Source: Chrysomallon squamiferum
Lineage: Eukaryota > Animalia > Mollusca
Assembly (NCBI GenBank): GCA_012295275.1
Contig: CM022668.1
Location: forward strand, 2,232,001 to 2,296,000
DNA: 64,000 bases
Direction of reading: 5' to 3'
Numbering within the stretch: position 1 is the stretch's first letter; each line of letters begins with the position of its first letter. Shown here piece after piece: positions 1 through 51,493 of the stretch. The notes beneath the pieces are model-generated. The model searched no databases and was not told the DNA's origin. It saw nothing but the letters and a program-made list of their open reading frames with translations. The position numbers were made by a program, and so were the translations under genes.

Positions 1-636
1 AAAATATTAACTATTCTTTTCATTGCTATTATTTTTTAATCAGAAGTTGAATTTGAAATAAAAATTTAAAAAAAACTATTTCATCAAAATGTTTTAAATA
101 TAATTTTTATAGTAACAAACTTGGATTTGAAATAATTAATAAAAAATAAAAAAAAAAACCCCACTTCATAGCCTTTACATTAATTGATCCAGTTACTGAA
201 TTACTTAACATCTAGTTATCAATAGTTATACAGTTTATGTTATTTGTGTTTACTTGTATATGTTTATGTTTACAAGAGGCTTCATCTGAAATCAAGTCTT
301 CAACAGTGGAGACTTGATCCTGCTTCTCATTTCATCTGCCATGTGTCACTTCAGTCTGTACTGACATCTTGGTGACATGTGACACCAGTGACATATGACA
401 GTCATCTCTACAAATCAAATACTCCAACAGGTACTAACTGATACAAAGACAAAATTAGATATGTCTGTTTAAAAGCTGGTAGAATGTAGACAAAGGTGAA
501 AGAAATTAGAATATATAATTTTAAAAATTTTAAATAAATAAATAAATAAAAAGACTTCACATAGGACACAGGAAATGTGTGAAACTGAAGAGATTTGTTG
601 AACAAGAAACAAAACTTACTACAGAGGAATGCATGC

Positions 637-646
637 ATATTATTAC

Positions 647-717
<71 letters not shown>
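637..717. repeat. (TAT)n microsatellite
   Basis: Direct reading. Confidence 0.95.
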
Positions 718-718
<1 letters not shown>

Positions 719-1859
719 ACTTTTAAACAGTACAGCTGTATAAATTTGAGACAATTTCACTTTTAACACCTGTATTTTTATTAACACAGATGATTCTAAT
801 AAAGGTATTTCATTACACCTGAAACAAAGAGACTTCTCATTAATAGACAAAAACCCTGTTTGGTCATTTGTAAAACTTGAAAGTCCACACTTACATTCAT
901 TCAACATTTAACTCTACAATATTTTTTTATATTTTTTTTTTTATTTTAAAAATTCAGTTTTTAAAATTAGATTTAAAAAAAAATAATGAAATCTGAGTTC
1001 ACTCTAAATTATGATATTTGTTGAAAGTTTTAAAAATTCAGTTAAATTTTTATATAATTCATATTTGGAATATTTTGTTGTACTGAAGATAACAAATTCT
1101 TTCTGTTCTTTCAAGTTTTACAAACTAGACCAATTATTTATTTTTATTTTCATAAAAAAAGTTTTATGAACAAATCTTTGGATTTCAGTTGTCTCTGATA
1201 TTTCGTAAAGTTTTTTTCTCTGAAATCAGTTTCTTCAAAATCTTTTGTTTATTCTTAATGTGTGCTCTGCAATGCTGTTTCATAGTCAGCTGAACAATGT
1301 TTCATAGTCATTTGCATCCAATCTAACAACTGTGTCTTGTTAGTTTTATTTTTTTCAAAAGGAAACTGGAGTATTATTCATAAAGTATTTTTTCTGTAAT
1401 GAAAAATGACATTTTTATAGAAGTTGTATACTTGAAGTTTGAAACTCATGAAGTTTTCTGTGCATGAAATGAGTTTATTCATGAAATTAACCTCAGCTAT
1501 GAAATTCCTGAAGTCATTTTGTTCTTGAAGTAAAATGAGTTTTCTTCTCCATATTCCTGAAGTTATTAAACTCGAGTTTGTGATTCATGAAGTTCTTTTG
1601 TTCTGTAAGTGAAATGAGTTTATTCATGAATTTGTCGGTTACTGTTCATGATCTAAGTTCTATATGTAATGTGCAGTTCATGAAATCTGTCAATATTTTC
1701 CAACTAGAATGTAAAAATGTTGATTATTTGGTTTTTATTATTAATCTTTTTTTTTATGTTAACAAAAACCAGATGGCTTTATCAGGATTATCTCCAGCCA
1801 GCAATAATCTCATAATTTTACTTTTCTTATTCAGAAATCTTCTTGTACATTCTTTAAAT

Positions 1860-2240
1860 TTTTAAATTCAATTTTCGTCATTTGTAAAATTTTGGTTTCC
1901 TGAATTTTTCTGTACCCTTCATGTTTTCATTTTCATTTTAATTTTCTTTATTTGCAATTTCATGAATTCTTTTGTACTTTAAAAAAAAATTCATTTCATT
2001 CTCTTGATTTGCATTACCTAGATTTCATGAATTCTTCTTTTGTTCTCAAAATGTTTTCAATTCATTTTCTTGATACTCAATTTCTTGATTTCCAGAATTC
2101 TTTTTTTGTTCTGAAAATTAGTTTTTAATTCATTTTCATGATTTGCAAAATCTCAATTCCCTGAATTCTACTCTATCCTCAAAACGTTTCGAATTCATTA
2201 TCTTGATTTGCAACATCTAGATTTCCTGAATTTGTCTTGT
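1860..2240. repeat. Degenerate ~65-70 bp tandem repeat, ~6 copies, in the presumptive 3'UTR or downstream region
   Basis: Recurring aattcattttcttgatttgca...atttcatgaattctt. Confidence 0.55.
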
Positions 2241-2938
2241 AAGTTATTCATGAACTCTGTAATATCTGTTAAACTCAGGAACGTGTAAAATCCAGTATAA
2301 AAGTCTCTCTAGCTGCCAGCAGCCATTCCTGTACACTTTCATTACTTGCATAGATTTCTTTTTTTCCATGAATTAATAAAAAAAAAACAATTCAGATTAA
2401 TCCAATAACTACGAATGGAAGAATATATTAAGATTTATATACACTTGTAAACACAGAACATTTCTAAAACTTAGTCGTGAAGGTATTTTTAAAATTATTT
2501 TAACGTGGTTTGTTCTCAGCTTTGATCTTTGTATATACCTAGTTATCTTCTCTTGATTATAACTCTCTTTTTGGAAGTCCATTTTGTCTAGAAGTGTGCA
2601 TGATGTCGTGCATGGACCCAGTGACTGGGTGGAGAATGGCAATGTTTGATGTTCTGGTGGGTAGAAAATCTCTGCATAGAAAGTGGAGATACATAATTAA
2701 AAAAAAACAAATCCTGTTTCGGTTAAATTACACTTTTCACAAAACAATCCTGATATTAAAACATCGAATCCATAAACCTGAAAGTTTCAGATGAAATTCC
2801 ATTTGTGAAGTTGTAACTACACTTCTTTTCAATATTCTTCATTTTTTTTTTTTTTTTTTTTTTTTTAAACACTCTTTTCTTTATGAAATCCTCATTCGAC
2901 ATTTTATGCATTCCAACTTTTACACAAACTGTTGTCAG

Positions 2939-38929
<35,991 letters not shown>

Positions 38930-38951
<22 letters not shown>

Positions 38952-39022
38952 CTTCGACAACCAGACAGGAAGTGGTTAACATGGAATTATGGGTAACTAA
39001 TTTTATCCATTTCATTGAGAAC
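38930..39022 (-). CDS. MAP3K2/MAP3K3: Candidate start-codon exon: 5'UTR plus ATG at 38951 (MDPQPGK + G)
   Basis: Strong acceptor tcttttttttttccag|G and strong donor AAGG|gtaagt; aagATGG context; phase 1 fits the 19873 acceptor; in-frame stops upstream. Confidence 0.62.
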
Positions 39023-39133
39023 CTGGAAAAAAAAAGATAGAAAGATTAAATATAATTTAACTTTTGTCATTATTGATATTTTGAGAAAGCAAAATATTGT
39101 AGAATATTTAAGTCTGTGATAAAGTAGTATTTA

Positions 39134-39134
<1 letters not shown>

Positions 39135-39180
<46 letters not shown>

Positions 39181-39455
39181 TCAGTAGAATTATCAATAAT
39201 AGTAGCAGCAGTAGTAATACTAATAGCAGTAAGTAATAAATAACTACTGTAATAGTAATAATTATGTTGGTGATAGTTGCTGATGGTAATAGTAGTAAAT
39301 AACCATTGTAATAGTAATAATGATGTTGGTAATAGTTGCTGATGGTAATAGTAGTAAATAACTACTGTAATAGTAATAATTATGTTGGTGATAGTTGCTG
39401 ATGGTAATAGTAGTAAATAACTACTGTAATAGTAATAATGATGTTGGTGATAGCT
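39135..39455. repeat. (AGT)n plus a 60 bp tandem repeat (~3.5 copies, 39240-39455)
   Basis: Direct reading. Confidence 0.85.
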
Positions 39456-40129
39456 GCTGTATTTAATTGGAAGAATTACTGCCAGTGGTAATTCAAAATA
39501 TATAAAACATGCTATCACTGCTGTACAAGATAAAAAAGATAGTAACAGTATATCTGCTGTATTATTGTTGTTGTTGTTGTTGTTGTTGTTAATATTATTC
39601 ACATTATTTAACTCTATTACAAATCAGGTGTGAATGGTTGTACAAAATGAAAGTAGAATTAATCAAAGTAACAGTATTACTATTTTTTATTATTAATATT
39701 ATTATTTTATTTTTTTATTATCATGATGATGATGATGATGATCATCATCATCATCATCAGTGTCAGTACAAGGTCAGGTGTGAAGGTAAGTGGTGATATC
39801 AGATCCTGTGGTTTAATTTGAAGCTGACAAATTCACTGAGATGATATTCATGACACACATCCTACATGACTCTCTCATACCATTGCTGTTGTAGTTGTTG
39901 TTGTTGTTGCTGTTGTTGTATATATAGCAGCTATCACCTACATTACTCTCTCATACCATTAACTGCAGTATTTAACAAAACGTGATTTTTTTTCTTTTTA
40001 ATTCAACACACTATACTAAGAATGAAAAGAGTAAAAAAAAAATTAAAATTTCTGAAAGACTTTTAAATACATTTTAAAGCAAAGTTAAATAGACAAATAC
40101 AAAGATTTATTTAATGTTTATATATATCT

Positions 40130-40915
40130 GTCTACAATACAATGCATCACCAGTGTTACTGTATTCTACCACTACCATATTATACATCACTACCTCTATA
40201 TTACACCTGTATTCTTACACCTGTACAATACACATCACTATCAGTGCATTTTGTACAATGCACATCACTATCTATATTACACCTGTACACTGTCTGTATT
40301 ACACCTGTACAATAACATCACTCTGTACAATACACATCACTATCTATATTACACCTGTACAATAACATCACTACCAGTCTGTGTTTCTATCTATATTACA
40401 CCTGTACAATACACATCACTACCAGTATTACTGTATTCTACCTGTATTAACATACATCACTACCTGTATTCTACCCGTTATAATGCACGCATAAGTACAC
40501 ATCACTACCTGTATTCTGCCTGTACAATAACTACCATACATCACTACCAGTATTACACCTGTACAATGCTACCAGTAATACCTGTACAATACATCACTAC
40601 CAGTATTACACCTGTACAATGCACGTCACTATCTATATTACACCTGTACAATGCACGTCACTATCTATATTCATCCTGTACAAAATACATTACTATATGT
40701 ATACTATATGTATTCTACCTGTACAATACAAATCAGTCTGTATTCTACCTGTATAATATATATCACTACCTGTATTCTACCTGTATTAAATACATCACTA
40801 CCTGTATTCTACCTGTATTAAATACATCACTACCTGTATTCTACCTGTATTAAATACATCACTACCTATATTCTACCTGTATAATATACATCACTACCTG
40901 TATTCTACCTGAACC
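40130..40915. repeat. Degenerate ~34 bp minisatellite (acctgtacaatacacatcactac core)
   Basis: Direct reading; homogeneous at 40760-40910. Confidence 0.85.
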
Positions 40916-42889
40916 TGAAACAAACTGTTATTAAAAAAATGTCCATGGAATGTAAAAAGTTTTCTTTCCCATAAACTAACAATAGGCAAAAAAAACTGGT
41001 TTATCATAAAATAAAATAAAAAATATATATTTTTTTTCCTTTCTATAATGAAGTCAGTGATGCAGACAGATAGATGTAATAAAAACATAAAACTTGCATG
41101 TTATTCACGACTGCCTGGTTAACAACATTATTTAATTCACAGTGTAATTACATACAGTGGTTTATACAGCTACATTCTTAGGTATTATAATCTGTCTGTA
41201 CGGATGTCTGATACTTGTTCTCAGTTTAATAATATCCTACAGAAACTGTAATATTAAATTATTAAAGTAACAACAGATAAATAGATTGCTATACACATAC
41301 AATAGACATCTTAATGCATGTATATACAAAGAAGTTTGAATATGAGACCTGCACACAGACAGAATATGTAGAGAGTTATATCATTGATAAACACTCAAAT
41401 AAAGACTTCATTTATGTCTAATTTCAGACATGCAGTTTCTGCTCCTGTTTCTATCAGTCTCCATGTAATACGACACACATTTCTCTTCCACCACACTGAC
41501 TTCATCTGCAGACTACTACCACACACACTGAAAACATCAGCTGCAGCTCCATAACCTCTTTCACACACACTGTGTATGCTGCAGTAACAACTGTTTTGAT
41601 TTCCACACCAAACAAAATTAAAAGAAAATAAATAAACAAGCATCTGAAAGAAATTTATTTTTAACTTTTATCTACAGGTGCAATATGTTTAATATCAACC
41701 ACCCTTCTTGTATTTTCTGTTTAGTCTCAGTTTAATTTCTTTCTTTAATTTTTTAATTTTTTTTTTTTTTTCTTTTTAACAAAAAGGACTTTATTTATTT
41801 AATAATCATATATTTCCAAAAATAAATTATCTGGAAATGTTTTTAAAAGATTTTCTTATTAAAATTATATAAATAAATTATTGGGTTTTTTTTTTCATTT
41901 ATTCATTAAAAAATGTTTTCATTTAATTTTTTTAATATATAAATTCTAGCAAATAATAATGATAATGATTATGATCAGAATAATAATAATAATAAATACA
42001 GCATGAATAAGGGTGATAACAACAACAACATCAACTACAACAACAATTACAGTAGTGGTAATAATAAATGCAAGTGTCACACATAAATTAATGGTTAGAA
42101 CAGGAAATAAATTAACATATCAAACAAGAATTCTATAGACTGACATATCACTGGATTCCTGATAAGTAGTAAAAATTTAAAATAGTAAAATATAAGTTAT
42201 CTCTGTACCAGTGACATACTGATGATATGCAACTTCAGAAAGTGTCATAAAGTGAATATATGTAAAAAAAAAAAAATAAAGAAATAACTAATTTTTTTAT
42301 TTATTTATTTATTATTATTATTATTGATTTCATTAAATTTGCTAAGAAGAAAAAGAAGAAGAAGAAGAAGAAGAAGAGAAGAAAAAAGAAGAAACAGTAA
42401 CACACACACACAGAGACACACAGACACACAGACACACAGGGTATTCATTAATCATGTGATATTTGTGGTAAGTCTGAATACCTTTCATTGAAAATACACA
42501 AAAACTTGGCTGCTTTAATGTCAACCGTTGTCAGTGTCATGTTTCAGACGGCGACACCACCTCAAGGCTGTGATAATCAACAGCTACACCGCAGCACACT
42601 GAAAGGTACTGGTTGCACTCGTAAAATGCATTTTTAATTAGACACCAGCAAAATGGCTTTGAGCAAAAGAAATCCTTTTTTTTCTTTCTTACTTCACAAT
42701 GTGAATGTTTATTAAACACGTTGACTTGCAGTTACAAATACACACACATCACTACATTGAAGTGTGTGTTATAAAATGGTTTACTGCATACATCAAATAT
42801 TTCTTTTATCAAACAGGCCTGTCTCACGAAGACACACACATATACCTATCTATTTATTGATATATGTAATAACAAAAATATTTAATGCA

Positions 42890-42945
42890 GATAAAAAATC
42901 TGTTATCAAACAATTTTATCTCTTTCTCTCTCATACTGTTACACA

Positions 42946-42991
<46 letters not shown>

Positions 42992-43159
42992 ATTATTAAT
43001 AAATACATATATCAAGAGTTATTACATCAAAGAAATATCTGTTATCAAACATGTCTTTCTGTTACACACTCACATACACACACTATATTATTTACCAGTA
43101 CTGATAACAAGAGTTATTACATAGACAAAATATCTCCGTTGTTAAACATCTTTCTTACG

Positions 43160-43204
<45 letters not shown>

Positions 43205-43367
43205 TATTATTTACAAGTACTTATAACAAAAGAGTTATTACATAGATGAAATATCTCTGTTATTAAACATCTTTCTTAAACACACACACTATGTTATTTA
43301 CCAAGTACTTATAACAAAAGTTATTACATAGATGAAATATCTCTGTTATCAAACATCTTTCTTACAC

Positions 43368-43419
<52 letters not shown>

Positions 43420-43494
43420 ACTATATTATTTACCATTACTTATAACAAAAGTTATTACATAGATGAAATATCTGTTATCAAACATCTTTCTTAC

Positions 43495-43532
<38 letters not shown>

Positions 43533-43692
43533 TATATTATTTACAAGTCATAACAAAAGTTACACATAGATGAAATATCTATAAACATTTTTTACCAGTA
43601 CTTATAACAAACACACACACACACACTATATTTTTACCAGTACTTATAACAAAAGTTATTACATAGATGAAATATCTGTTATCAAACATCTT

Positions 43693-43740
<48 letters not shown>

Positions 43741-43806
43741 TATTATTTACAAGTACTTATAACAAAAGTTATTACATAGATGAAATATCTGTTTGTTAAA
43801 CATCTT

Positions 43807-43864
<58 letters not shown>

Positions 43865-43932
43865 ACACTATATTATTTACCAGTACTTATAACAAAAGTT
43901 ATTACATAGATGAAATATCTCTGTTATCAAAC
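42890..43932. repeat. Composite repeat: ~75 bp constant unit plus variable (CA)n
   Basis: ctatattatttaccagtacttataacaaaagttattacatagatgaaatatctctgttatcaaacatctttctta(ca)n, ~9 copies. Confidence 0.9.
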
Positions 43933-44879
43933 GTCTGCCCCTAGGATACTAAGGTTTCCTCACAACAACAATTATGTTTTGACGTCAGTGATGTTTATTT
44001 CTTGAGATGCACTCTCAAACACCAAGGCTATAAATTCATGTGACACTGCACATGTAACTCAGTATGAGCCGGCACATACATCAGTAACTTCACACAGGAC
44101 ATGGGAAACTACAACTATGTGCACTATAGACAGCGGCATACGATGATTTATTTCATGAGCTTACATTTAAAACACCATTTCTCACTTTTCAATTAACAGG
44201 CAGAAATATTTTATGTACAACGCAACATACGATACATCAGTATGGAGCCTTGAATATATTTAAGATTCAATATTAAATTATATCATGCACAGATAAAATT
44301 ATTTATATCATAAAAAGATAAAATTATTTAGATCATAAATGGATAAAATTATTTATATCATATAAAGATAAAAATATTTACATCACATAGAGGTTTAAAA
44401 TCATTTATACCATACAAAGATAATTTCCACGTTACACAAACGTGAAAACGTTCACAGACGAAGTCAGGTAAACTGTTTAATCTCAGGTGGCTGCACCTTT
44501 TATTTCACACCTGTAATAAAAAATAAAAGAACAGGTACTCTTATAGATACAGTACACCTCTGTTAAACCACCACCTGTTTATTACAAACACTAAACTTTT
44601 CTGAACAGAAAGGGTCTGTTTATTAATTTCAACAAAAAAAAAAAATAAATAAATAAAAAATTAAATTTAACAAATATGCAAATAAAAAGAAGAAGACTAG
44701 GTCAGAAGTAAACCTTGATGTCCAGTGTAGAGATTCTGACTGTGTGAAGTTGTGACAACTCACAAAATGATTGACACATACAGGAAATTAATGACATCTT
44801 GATACCATCTGACATGAATGTGATATAAACCTGATATCACATGCCAGCTTGATACTGCGCCATCTTCAGTAAATATAAT

Positions 44880-45115
44880 CTGTATGATTATACTGTGACA
44901 TCTTGTATATATGTAATGTATATTATTACACTGTGACATACTGTATATATGTAATGTATATTATTATACTGTGACATCTTGTATATATGTAATGTATATT
45001 ATTACACTGTGACATCTTGTATATATGTAATGTATATTATTATACTGTGACATATTGCATATATATAATGTATATTATATTAAATTATATATGTAATGTA
45101 TGATTATACTGTAAT
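44880..45115. repeat. ~39 bp minisatellite tattatactgtgacatcttgtatatatgtaatgtata
   Basis: ~5 copies. Confidence 0.88.
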
Positions 45116-45834
45116 ATGTTAAAATGTAATATATTTAAATAATTGTTATGTATTTTAAGTTATTTTTAACATTTGTATTTTCAATCTATTGTTATAGCTG
45201 CAAATGTTTCTGTCAGTGTGGCAGAGGCTATTTTTCACTTATTTATTACTTGTACATTTTATTTTATTTTTTTTATACTGGTGTTTGCTTTACACTTAAT
45301 ACTGACATTTTAACTGTTCTGTCTATATCTGTATTGTTCAGAGGTTTTATTTTATTATTATTATTTTTTTTTTTTTTTTTTTTTTTTTTTCTGAAGAGTA
45401 CACTATATTTTTCTAATTTTGTCTATAAAAATATATATATAGTCTGTGTACAGATATACAAACTGGATGTACATAAATGTACACACACAATGAACAAGAG
45501 CGGAAGAACCTCTTAAAACTAAAATGTCTTTTCCTTATTTTTACCAAGTGCAGGAAACTGACAGACAGAACAATGAATGTAGTTGTGTTTGATGTGTTTT
45601 TACAATGCATTGTGTTAATGAATGTAGTTTGGTGCTGTTTTTTAATACACTGTATTAATGAAGTTAGTTCTGTTTGATGTTGTATTACATTGATCAAAAT
45701 GGCATTTAGTTATGTTTGATGTATTTTGAATGCAGTTCATTGTATTACTGAATCAAGTTTTGAAATTAGTTGTGATTAATGTTGTATTATAATGTAATAC
45801 TGTTTTTTCTTAGAAATTTAAATAAATAACTTAA

Positions 45835-45865
<31 letters not shown>

Positions 45866-46162
45866 AAACTAATTATTAAGTATGAAAACAAATGAATATA
45901 TGTACAATACACAAAAAATGTCTCTTGATTTAAATAATATAAAATACAATATTATATTCATTTAGCAGAATGAATCAGCATGAATAAATAAAATGTTTTT
46001 CTGTCAAAGGAAAAGATGAAAAATACCTGCAAGTTAGTAGACAGTACTTTGAACAGTGTTTATAACAATTACATTAAATTTCTTAGAAATAAATTTTTTA
46101 ATAAATAAATTTTTTAATAAATAAATAAATGTGTATGTATGTATGTATATGTGTATATATGC

Positions 46163-46216
<54 letters not shown>

Positions 46217-46422
46217 ACCTATGTTTCTAGATGGGTAGTACACTGCTTGGTAACTTACAACTCTCCATGTATAAATACTTACATTAAATGTTTCAGCCGA
46301 CTTTCACACCAGGCCACACATTATCAAGTTAATTCCATGCGAAACATTTCCCTGGCAGTCGTCGCCATCAACATCACACACCCTCTCAGCAGCTAATACG
46401 AGAGATATGCAACACATCGCCA

Positions 46423-49400
46423 GCAGATACATCAGTTTATATAACTGTTTTATTTAACTAGTGCTCAGATACACAGTTTATAACTGTTTTATTTAACTAG
46501 TGCTCAGTAGATACACCAGTTTATAACTGTTTTATTTAACTAGTGCTCAGATACACCAATTTATATAACTGTTTTATTTAACTAGTGCTGAGTAGATACA
46601 CCAGTTTATAACTGTTTTATTTAACTAGTGCTCAGATACACCAGTTTATAACTGTTTTATTTAACTAGTGCTCAGATACACCAGTTTATAACTGTTTTAT
46701 TTAACTAGTGCTCAGATACATCAGTTTATATAACTGTTTTATTTAACTAGTGCTCAGATACATCAGTTTATAACTGTTTTATTTAACTAGTGCTCAGATA
46801 CATCAGTTTATAACTGTTTTATTTAACTAGTGCTCAGATACATCAGTTTATAACTGTTTTATTTAACTAGTGCTCAGATACACCAGTTTATAACTGTTTT
46901 ATTTAACTAGTGCTCAGATACAGTTTTATAACTGTTTTATTTAACTAGTCAGATTTTATTGTTTTATTTAACTAGTGCTCAGTAGATACACAGTTTATAA
47001 CTGTTTTATTTAACTAGTGCTCAGTAGATACACAGTTTATAACTGTTTTATTTAACTAGTGCTCAGATACATCAGTTTATATAACTGTTTTATTTAACTA
47101 GTGCTCAGATACACCAGTTTATAACTGTTTTATTTAACTAGTGCTCAGTAGATACACAGTTTATAACTGTTTTATTTAACTAGTACTCAGATACACAGTT
47201 TATAACTGTTGTATTTAACTAGTGCTCAGATACACCAGTTTATAACTGTTTTATTTAACTAGTGCTGACATACACCAGTTTATAACTGTTTTATTTAACT
47301 AGTGCTCAGATACATCAGTTTATAACTGTTTTATTTAACTAGTGCTCAGATACACCAGTTTATAACTGTTTTATTTAACTAGTGCTCAGATACATCAGTT
47401 TATATAACTGTTTTATTTAACTAGTGCTCAGATACACCAGTTTATAACTGTTTTATTTAACTAGTGCTCAGATACACCAGTTTATAACTGTTTTATTTAA
47501 CTAGTGCTCAGATACATCAGTTTATAACTGTTTTATTTAACTAGTGCTCAGATACACAGTTTATAACTGTTTTATTTAACTAGTGCTCAGATACACCAGT
47601 TTATAACTGTTTTATTTAACTAGTGCTCAGACATGCAACATGCAGTAAGTAGATAACTGTTTTATTTAACTAGTGCTCAGATACACAGTTTATAACTGTT
47701 TTATTTAACTAGTACTCAGATACACCAGTTTATAACTGTTTTATTTAACTAGTACTCAGATACACCAGTTTATAACTGTTTTATTTAACTAGTGCTCAGA
47801 TACATCAGTTTATATAACTGTTTTATTTAACTAGTACTCAGATACACAGTTTATAACTGTTTTATTTAACTAGTGCTCAGATACACAGTTTATAACTGTT
47901 TTATTTAACTAGAGCTCAGATACACAGTTTATAACTGTTTTATTTAACTAGTGCTCAGATACACCAGTTTATAACTGTTTTATTTAACTAGTGCTCAGAT
48001 ACACAGTTTATAACTGTTTTATTTAACTAGTGCTCAGATACACAGTTTATAACTGTTTTATTTAACTAGTGCTCAGATACACAGTTTATAACTGTTTTAT
48101 TTAACTAGTGCTCAGATACACAGTTTATAACTGTTTTATTTAACTAGTGCTCAGATACACCAGTTTATAACTGTTTTATTTAACTAGTGCTCAGATACAC
48201 CAGTTTATAACTGTTTTATTTAACTAGTGCTGACATACACCAGTTTATAACTGTTTTATTTAACTAGTGCTCAAATACACAGTTTATAACTGTTTTATTT
48301 AACTAGTGCTCAGATACACCAGTTTATAACTGTTTTATTTAACTAGTGCTCAAATACACAGTTTATAACTGTTTTATTTAACTAGTGCTCAGATACACCA
48401 GTTTATAACTGTTTTATTTAACTAGTGCTCAGACATGCAACCAGTTTATAACTGTTTTATTTAACTAGTGCTCAAATACACAGTTTATAACTGTTTTATT
48501 TAACTAGTGCTCAGATACACCAGTTTATAACTGTTTTATTTAACTAGTGCTCAGTAGATACACAGTTTATAACTGTTTTATTTAACTAGTGCTCAGATAC
48601 ACAGTTTATAACTGTTTTATTTAACTAGTACTCAGATTTATAACTGTTTTAAACTGTTTTTATTTAAACTAGTGCTCAGATACACCAGTTTATAACTGTT
48701 TTATTTAACTAGTGCTCTTTTATTTAACTAGTGCTGACATACACCAGTTTATAACTGTTTTATTTAACTAGTGCTCAGATACACCAGTTTATAACTGTTT
48801 TATTTAACTAGTACTCAGATGCTGACATACACCAGTTTATAACTGTTTTATTTAACTAGTGCTCAGATACACAGTTTATAACTGTTTTATTTAACTAGTG
48901 CTCAGATACACAGTTTATAACTGTTTTATTTAACTAGTGCTCAGATACACCAGTTTATAACTACTAGTGCTCAGTAGATACACAGTTTATAACTGTTTTA
49001 TTTAACTAGTGCTGACATACACCAGTTTATAACTGTTTTATTTAACTAGTGCTCAGATACACCAGTTTATAACTGTTTTATTTAACTAGTGCTCAGATAC
49101 ACCAGTTTATAACTGTTTTATTTAACTAGTGCTCAGATACACCAGTTTATAACTGTTTTATTTAACTAGTGCTCAGTGCTGTTTTATTTAACAGATACAC
49201 AGTTTATAACTGTTTTATTTAACTAGTGCTCAGATACACCAGTTTATAACTGTTTTATTTAACTAGTGCTCAGATACACCAGTTTATAACTGTTTTATTT
49301 AACTAGTGCTCAGATACACCAGTTTATAACTGTTTTATTTAACTAGTGCTCAGATATACACAGTTTATAACTGTTTTATTTAACTAGTGCTCAGTAGATA

Positions 49401-49800
49401 CACAGTTTATAACTGTTTTATTTAACTAGTGCTCAACATACACCAGTTTATAACTGTTTTATTTAACTAGTGCTCAGATACACCAGTTTATAACTGTTTT
49501 ATTTAACTAGTGCTCAGATACACCAGTTTATAACTGTTTTATTTAACTAGTGCTCAGACACACCAGTTTATAACTGTTTTATTTAACTAGTGCTCAGATA
49601 CACCAGTTTATAACTGTTTTATTTAACTAGTGCTCAGTAGATACACCAGTTTATAACTGTTTTATTTAACTAGTGCTGACATACACCAGTTTATAACTGT
49701 TTTATTTAACTAGTGCTCAGATACACCAGTTTATAACTGTTTTATTTAACTAGTGCTCAGACATGCAACATGCAGTAAGTAGATAACTGTTTTATTTAAC
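46423..49800. repeat. 3.4 kb satellite of 39-43 bp units ataactgttttatttaactagtgctcagatacaccagttt
   Basis: Direct reading, roughly 84 units. Confidence 0.97.
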
Positions 49801-50374
49801 GACAGCTGAATCCAGTGATTAGCATGTACTTCTCTTATGTTGTGAGGGGGAGGCATGCTTCCAACAACACTAGACTTGACAAGGGCAATTAAATGTGAAA
49901 CAGGAGAATGTCTGTGTGTCATCTAGTAAGTCTAGATAGAGGATACTCTATGGCAAAAGAAAAGCAGAAATAACTGACTGCATTCTGTCATTTCATGTAT
50001 AAATATGCAGACAAAATACACTGAGTAATAAAAGAAAAGCACATCAATTTAAATTAAAGTAAGTGTAGTTAGACCACACTTGGGATACTTGATAGCAAAA
50101 GAAAAGCATAATGGCTAATATTTTAATATCCACAAAATATACTCAGCTACAAAAGAAAAGCCCATACAGTTAAATGCATTCTGTTGATCAGAGTATAAAT
50201 ACTGGAGAAAATAGATAAGTCAGAAAAGAAAAGAGCAATGCAGTTAAAAGTATTCTAAGAATCCAAGTATTGAAACAAAATAAAAACAAGTTATCTGACG
50301 TACTTGAAAAATACAGTGAAAAAAGGAAAGATGAAATATATACTAAATAGATGATAAAATTGTTGTTGTCTGTA

Positions 50375-50629
50375 TGTGTGTACATATATACATAGATACA
50401 TAATACATACACACATACACAGATACACACATACATAGATACATAATACATACACACATACAGATACATAATACATTCATACATACATACATACATACAT
50501 ATATACATAGATACATAATACATACATACATACATACATACATAGATACATAATACATACACACATACACACATACATACATACATATATACATACATAC
50601 ATACATAAATAATACATACATACATAACT

Positions 50630-50689
<60 letters not shown>

Positions 50690-51447
50690 AAACATTTCAA
50701 GTCTAACCCAAGACAATAAAGAAGTAAAATTAAATTAAATAAATAATCGTTAATAAAATAAATAAATAATAAAATGCACATTTAATAAACATTAATATAA
50801 AAACCAACAGAGTAGATGCTGTTTTACTGATTTCATGATTTCACCAGACAGACAGACAATATTTTAGAGATATGAAGAAACAGAAATAAAGTCTTTGTTT
50901 GATTTTAAAATTTCCCATTTTCATTTGTTTTTTTTAAATTTTTTATTTTATTAAATAACTTTGTGTTTACTCATACTACAATTCTACTTATTATTATTAT
51001 TACTACTACCCACTACTACTACTACTACTACATCCACTATCACTATCATCATCATCATAATTTTTATTTAAAATATTTGATAAGATGAATCTATGTATGA
51101 AGGCACACAACAAGTGAAACTGAGACAGGGACTCGTGTGTATTTCTGCTATCATTACTTCAGCTGTTCAGAAAGGTTTTGTATTTCCAGGAATTTTAGAT
51201 TTCAGATAAGAAACATTCTCTGTATAACAACAACATTTCAGTGTATTATTTTTTTTTTTTTCTTCTTATTTTTTCTCTATTAGACTTACTCATTTGATTG
51301 TTTGTTTGTTTATATTTATTAATAATTTCAGTCACGATAAATAATAATAATAACTGTTGATGTTGTTATTAATATTGATATTATCATTGCTACATTATTA
51401 TCATCATCATTACTACTACCACCACCACCACCACCACCACCACCACC

Positions 51448-51493
<46 letters not shown>

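Noticed and set aside
270-436. Coding-looking, higher-GC patch with a possible + strand donor at 430
   Set aside because: All three + frames contain stops and the minus frames give only short or interrupted ORFs with no recognisable homology. It could be the terminal exon or UTR of a neighbouring gene, but this is unsupported.
1-2938. Polyadenylation site of the kinase gene
   Set aside because: Many AATAAA matches in AT-rich sequence; none can be singled out without 3' end data.
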